64,000 nt of DNA from Ostreococcus lucimarinus (lineage: Eukaryota), in NCBI GenBank assembly GCA_000092065.1, contig CP000584.1; one strand, given 5' to 3'. Shown here in pieces: positions 60,091 to 64,000 of this stretch. Position numbers and translations under genes: made by a program. Within the stretch, counting starts at the first letter, position 1, and each line of letters opens with the position of its first letter. The notes under the pieces were generated by a model. The model did no database searches. It saw only the letters and a list, made by a program, of their open reading frames with translations, and was not told where the DNA came from.

Positions 60091-60402
60091 CCGTCGCGTC
60101 GCGCGTCTCGCGACCGAATCCGCGACCGGGTCGTCGGACGATCGATCCGCGTTCGAATCGTTCGTCGCGACGCGCGCGATCGATCGCGTCGACTCGACGC
60201 CGGACGACCCGTCGACGTCTGCCGCGCGTCCCGCCGGCGCCGGATCGACGACGCGCGACCGCGCGTGCGCGTTCGCGGGCTTCTATGTAGACACTTACCT
60301 CGCGATACTACGTCATACTGCATCGTACTGCGCACCCTGAAATATCTATGAAACCCGAAAGTTGCGACCACGCGCCTTATCCGCCGCCCGGATCGCGCGG
60401 CA

Positions 60403-60426
60403 TTTTTATCCGGCGCGCGCGATAAA
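60403..60426. promoter_or_regulatory. Inverted repeat TTTTATC-N10-GATAAAA (GATA/I-box-like), with a third TTATC at 60377-60381, in the SQS/ChlH divergent intergenic region
   Basis: ttttatccggcgcgcgcgataaaa has perfectly complementary 7-nt arms around a GC spacer. It lies about 315 bp upstream of the SQS ATG and about 630 bp upstream of the ChlH ATG. GATA/I-box motifs are light-response elements in plant and algal promoters. Confidence 0.25.
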
Positions 60427-61054
60427 AATGACGTCGACGCCATCTCATGGGCTTAATCGCACGCTGAATGCGAACGCGCGACGCGCGCGACGCGCGCTCG
60501 TCGTCGATCGCGCGAACGGGACGATCGCGTCGACGAACGGCGCGGCACACACGCGCGCGAGCACGCGCGATCGACGACGAGCGCTCGCGCACGGATCGTC
60601 GAGTCGAGTCCGAGCGCGCGCGCGATCTCGCGAGTCGCGGGCGCGCGAACCGGGACGATGGCGATGCGCGCCAGCGTCAGCGCGCGCGCGGCGATCGCGA
60701 CGACGACGGTGCGCGCGCGACGCGACGCGCGATGGACGCGCGAGAAAACGCGCGGGGACGCGGAAAGCGCGCGCGAGGGTTCGGATGGGATCGGCGCGCG
60801 CGATCGGGCGCGCGCGACGCGGGCGAAGAGGGACGGGGGGGGGTCGGGATCGCGGCGCGCGCGCTCTTATCTACAACCCCGCGCGGAGGCGCGCGAACCG
60901 GGACGGGCGAGGGACGCGCGAGGGATGATGGCGAGGGATGATGGCGAGGAGCGATGGCGAGGGAGACGAACGCGCGAGCGATGGGCGCGGCGAGCGACGA
61001 GGAGGCGCGAGGCGGGACGACTGACGACGCGGGGGTTTTCGAAACGCGCAGGCG

Positions 61055-64000
61055 ATGAGGGGGAAAACGACGCGCGCGGCGCGCGCGACGCGCGCGGCTC
61101 CGGTGACGCGCGCCGTCGCCACTGGACCGCGAGGACCGCTGAAGAAGAAGGGTGAGAGCGAAGAGGACAAGATCGAGGACATGTCTTCGGGATCTCGTGG
61201 GTTGTTCACGACGGTTGATCCGGAGGTGCGACGCATCGTGCCCGAGGCGAAGGGTCGCGTCGTGGTCAAGGTGACGTACGTCGTTTTGGAGGCGCAGTAC
61301 CAGTCCGCGCTGTCCGCGGCGGTGAAACAGATTAATGAAACCAACGACAAGGTGTGCGTCGAGGTTACCGGCTACTTGCTCGAGGAATTGCGCAACGCCG
61401 ATAACTTGGCGGCGCTCAAGAAGGATGTCGAGTCTTCAAACATCTTCATCGGTTCTCTCATCTTTATCGAAGAGCTCGCCGAGAAGATTGTCGAAATCGT
61501 GACGCCGTGCCGCGAAAACTTGGACGCGTGCTTGATCTTCCCGTCCATGCCGCAAGTCATGCGCTTGAACAAGCTCGGCACGTTCTCCATGGCGCAGCTC
61601 GGTCAGTCCAAGTCCGCCATCGCCTCGTTCATGCGCAAGAAGAAGGAATCCGGCGGCTTTGAGGAGGGCATGTTGAAGCTCGTCCGCACGTTGCCGAAGG
61701 TGTTGAAGTACTTGCCCTCGGACAAGGCTGCGGATGCGCGCAACTTCATGAACTCTTTGCAGTACTGGCTCGGCGGTTCCACGGACAACTTGGAGAACTT
61801 CTTGTTGATGATCTCCAAGGCGTACGTCCCCGAGCTCAAGGGCGTCGAGCTCACGGTGGCTGAGCCGGAAGTGTTCCCGGATGTTGGCATCTGGCACCCG
61901 TCCGCGCCGATGTACTACGAGGACTTGAAGGAGTACCTCAACTGGTACGACACGCGCAAGGACATCAAGTTCAAGGCGGACGCCCCGGTCATCGGTCTCG
62001 TGCTCCAGCGCTCGCACTTGGTCACGGGCGACTCTGGTCACTACGACGGTATGGTCATGGAGCTCGAAGCCAAGGGTGCGAAGGTCGTCCCGATCTTTGC
62101 CGGTGGCCTCGATTTCTCCGGCCCGATCGAGCAGTTCTTCTTTGACCCGATCACCAAGGGTGCGTACGTCGACACCGTCTTGTCGTTGACTGGTTTCGCC
62201 CTCGTCGGCGGCCCGGCGCGTCAAGATCACCCGAAGGCGATTGAATCCTTGAAGAAGCTCAACGTGCCGTACATGGTCACCGTCCCGCTCTCTTTCCAAA
62301 CCACCGAAGAGTGGAAGGATTCCACGCTCGGTTTGCACCCGGTGCAAGTCGCGCTCCAAGTCGCGCTTCCGGAACTCGACGGCGGCCTCGAGCCGATGAT
62401 CTTCTCCGGTCGCGATTCCAAGTCTGGTAAGTCTCACACTCTCGAAGATCGCGCGGCGCAAATCGCGAACCGCGCCATCAAGTGGGCTGGCCTTCGCAAG
62501 AAGACCGCCGCGGCCAAGAAGCTCGCGATCACCGTCTTCTCTTTCCCGCCGGATAAGGGCAACGTCGGTACCGCCGCGTACTTGAACGTCTTCGGTTCCA
62601 TCTACCGCGTGCTTCAAGGCTTGCGCCGCGAGGGCTACAACGTTGGTGTGCTCCCGTCCAGCGAGGAAGAGCTCATCAACTCCGTTCTCAACGACAAGGA
62701 GGCGCAATACGCGTCCCCGGACATGAACGTCGCCTACCGCATGCCGGTTGCCGAGTACCAAAAGCTCTGCCTCTACTCTGAGGACTTGCACGAGAACTGG
62801 GGCCCGCCGCCGGGCAACTTGAACACCGACGGCCAAAACTTGCTCGTGTACGGTAAGCAGTTCGGCAACGTTTTCATCGGTGTCCAGCCGACGTTCGGCT
62901 ACGAAGGTGATCCCATGCGATTGTTGTTCTCCAAGTCTGCGTCGCCGCACCACGGCTTCGCGGCGTACTACACGTTCCTCGAGCACGTGTTCCAAGCCGA
63001 CGCTGTCCTTCACTTCGGTACGCACGGTTCTCTCGAGTTCATGCCGGGTAAGCAAGTCGGTATGGCTGGTGTGTGCTACCCGGATCGCTTGATCGGTAAC
63101 ATTCCGAACATCTACTACTACGCGGCGAACAACCCCTCGGAGGCGACGATTGCCAAGCGTCGCTCTTACGCGAACACCATCTCGTACTTGACCCCGCCGG
63201 CTGAGAACGCTGGCTTGTACAAGGGCTTGAAGGAACTCAAGGAGTTGATCTCTTCTTACCAAACGTTGAAGGATTCCGGCCGTGGTCCGTCCATCGTCAA
63301 CACCATCATCTCCACCGCGATCACGTGCAACTTGGACAAGGATGTCGAGGAAATCCCGACTGATCCGGAGGCTGACGCCGCGAACTTTGATGCCGACACC
63401 CGCGATTTGATCGTCGGTAAGGTGTACCAAAAGCTCATGGAAATCGAGTCTCGTCTTTTGCCGTGCGGTCTCCACGTCGTCGGATGCCCGCCGTCCGCGG
63501 AGGAAGCCGTCGCCACGCTCGTGAACATTGCGTCCATCGACCGTGAAGACGAAAACATCACCGCGCTCCCGGGTCTCCTCGCGATGGCTGTCGGTCGCGA
63601 TATCGAGAGCATCTACAGATCCAACGATGCCGGTAACCTCGAGGACGTTCAGCTCTTGCAAGACATCACCGAGGCGTGCCGCTCGTGCGTCCGCACGTTT
63701 GTCACGGCTGCCGCCGACCCGTCTGGTCGCGTCGCCGCGGGCGCGCTCGCGAGCGTCGGCAAGCTCTTCGGTAGCGCTGCCGTCGCGGTTCCGTGGGGTG
63801 ATGCCTTGAAGGGCACCAAGTTTGAATCTGCTGATGTCGAAAAGATGCGCACTTTGTTCGATTACTTGCGCTTCTGCCTCGAGCAAGTTGTCAAGGACAA
63901 CGAGCTCGGCGCGCTCACCGAAGCCCTCGAAGGTCAATACGTGCTTCCGGGTCCGGGTGGTGACCCGATCCGTAACCCGAAGGTGTTGCCGACCGGTAAG
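61055..64000 (+). CDS. CHLH: Magnesium chelatase subunit H (ChlH / CobN family), 5' portion; the CDS continues past the window end
   Basis: Not in the ORF track because there is no stop before the window end. First in-frame ATG at 61055 ([25 protein letters not shown]..., transit-peptide-like), following an in-frame TGA at 61022. A second ATG at 61181 ([22 protein letters not shown]). Then a collinear CobN/ChlH match: [23 protein letters not shown]...[120 protein letters not shown]... Confidence 0.9.
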   Translation, partial: MRGKTTRAARATRAAPVTRAVATGPRGPLKKKGESEEDKIEDMSSGSRGLFTTVDPEVRRIVPEAKGRVVVKVTYVVLEAQYQSALSAAVKQINETNDKVCVEVTGYLLEELRNADNLAALKKDVESSNIFIGSLIFIEELAEKIVEIVTPCRENLDACLIFPSMPQVMRLNKLGTFSMAQLGQSKSAIASFMRKKKESGGFEEGMLKLVRTLPKVLKYLPSDKAADARNFMNSLQYWLGGSTDNLENFLLMISKAYVPELKGVELTVAEPEVFPDVGIWHPSAPMYYEDLKEYLNWYDTRKDIKFKADAPVIGLVLQRSHLVTGDSGHYDGMVMELEAKGAKVVPIFAGGLDFSGPIEQFFFDPITKGAYVDTVLSLTGFALVGGPARQDHPKAIESLKKLNVPYMVTVPLSFQTTEEWKDSTLGLHPVQVALQVALPELDGGLEPMIFSGRDSKSGKSHTLEDRAAQIANRAIKWAGLRKKTAAAKKLAITVFSFPPDKGNVGTAAYLNVFGSIYRVLQGLRREGYNVGVLPSSEEELINSVLNDKEAQYASPDMNVAYRMPVAEYQKLCLYSEDLHENWGPPPGNLNTDGQNLLVYGKQFGNVFIGVQPTFGYEGDPMRLLFSKSASPHHGFAAYYTFLEHVFQADAVLHFGTHGSLEFMPGKQVGMAGVCYPDRLIGNIPNIYYYAANNPSEATIAKRRSYANTISYLTPPAENAGLYKGLKELKELISSYQTLKDSGRGPSIVNTIISTAITCNLDKDVEEIPTDPEADAANFDADTRDLIVGKVYQKLMEIESRLLPCGLHVVGCPPSAEEAVATLVNIASIDREDENITALPGLLAMAVGRDIESIYRSNDAGNLEDVQLLQDITEACRSCVRTFVTAAADPSGRVAAGALASVGKLFGSAAVAVPWGDALKGTKFESADVEKMRTLFDYLRFCLEQVVKDNELGALTEALEGQYVLPGPGGDPIRNPKVLPTGK

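Noticed and set aside
61436-63937. 833-aa ORF 61436..63937 -
   Set aside because: Antisense to the unmistakable Mg-chelatase H coding sequence on the plus strand.
1-64000. Search for rRNA, tRNA, transposon ends, integrase/transposase genes, toxin-antitoxin or defence islands
   Set aside because: None of the translated genes resembles transposase, integrase, reverse transcriptase or prokaryotic defence proteins. No long terminal or inverted repeats were seen beyond those listed. No tRNA-like cloverleaf region was noticed by eye, though a tRNA scan was not possible.

Overview
Organism and layout: this window is eukaryotic nuclear DNA, not prokaryotic. It is very GC-rich (roughly two thirds G+C) and gene-dense, with about 30 protein-coding genes in 64 kb. 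Most genes are single long exons separated by short spacers, often under 250 bp. Nuclear-encoded plastid genes are present (Mg-chelatase ChlH, a thylakoidal processing peptidase, an ABC1 kinase, an alpha-glucan/starch phosphorylase). TGTAA-type poly(A) signals sit at or just after stop codons. The only clear spliceosomal introns are two short GC-rich introns in the RPL8 gene. Together this points to a green alga with a compact genome. A Mamiellophyceae prasinophyte such as Micromonas is my best guess, but I cannot confirm it from sequence alone. I found no rRNA, tRNA, CRISPR array or prokaryote-type mobile element. Caveats on the ORF track: it starts ORFs at TTG/GTG/CTG as well as ATG, so I checked true ATGs by hand. 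The GC richness produces many long spurious ORFs, often antisense to real genes. The track omits any ORF with no stop codon inside the window: a Mg-chelatase H gene running off the 3' edge, and an MBD-domain gene running off the 5' edge, whose frame also carries no in-window stop on its N-terminal side. Notable items: a 93-bp tandem array of about 16.5 copies inside a coiled-coil gene; a glycogen/starch phosphorylase with an N-terminal ACT domain; an AlkB dioxygenase fused to a UBZ4 zinc finger; a USP12/46 gene whose only candidate start ATG is out of frame with the body; convergent gene ends whose stop codons lie inside TGTAA signals; and a GATA-type inverted repeat between the divergently transcribed squalene synthase and ChlH genes. 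All coordinates are hand-counted and may be off by 1-3 nt.
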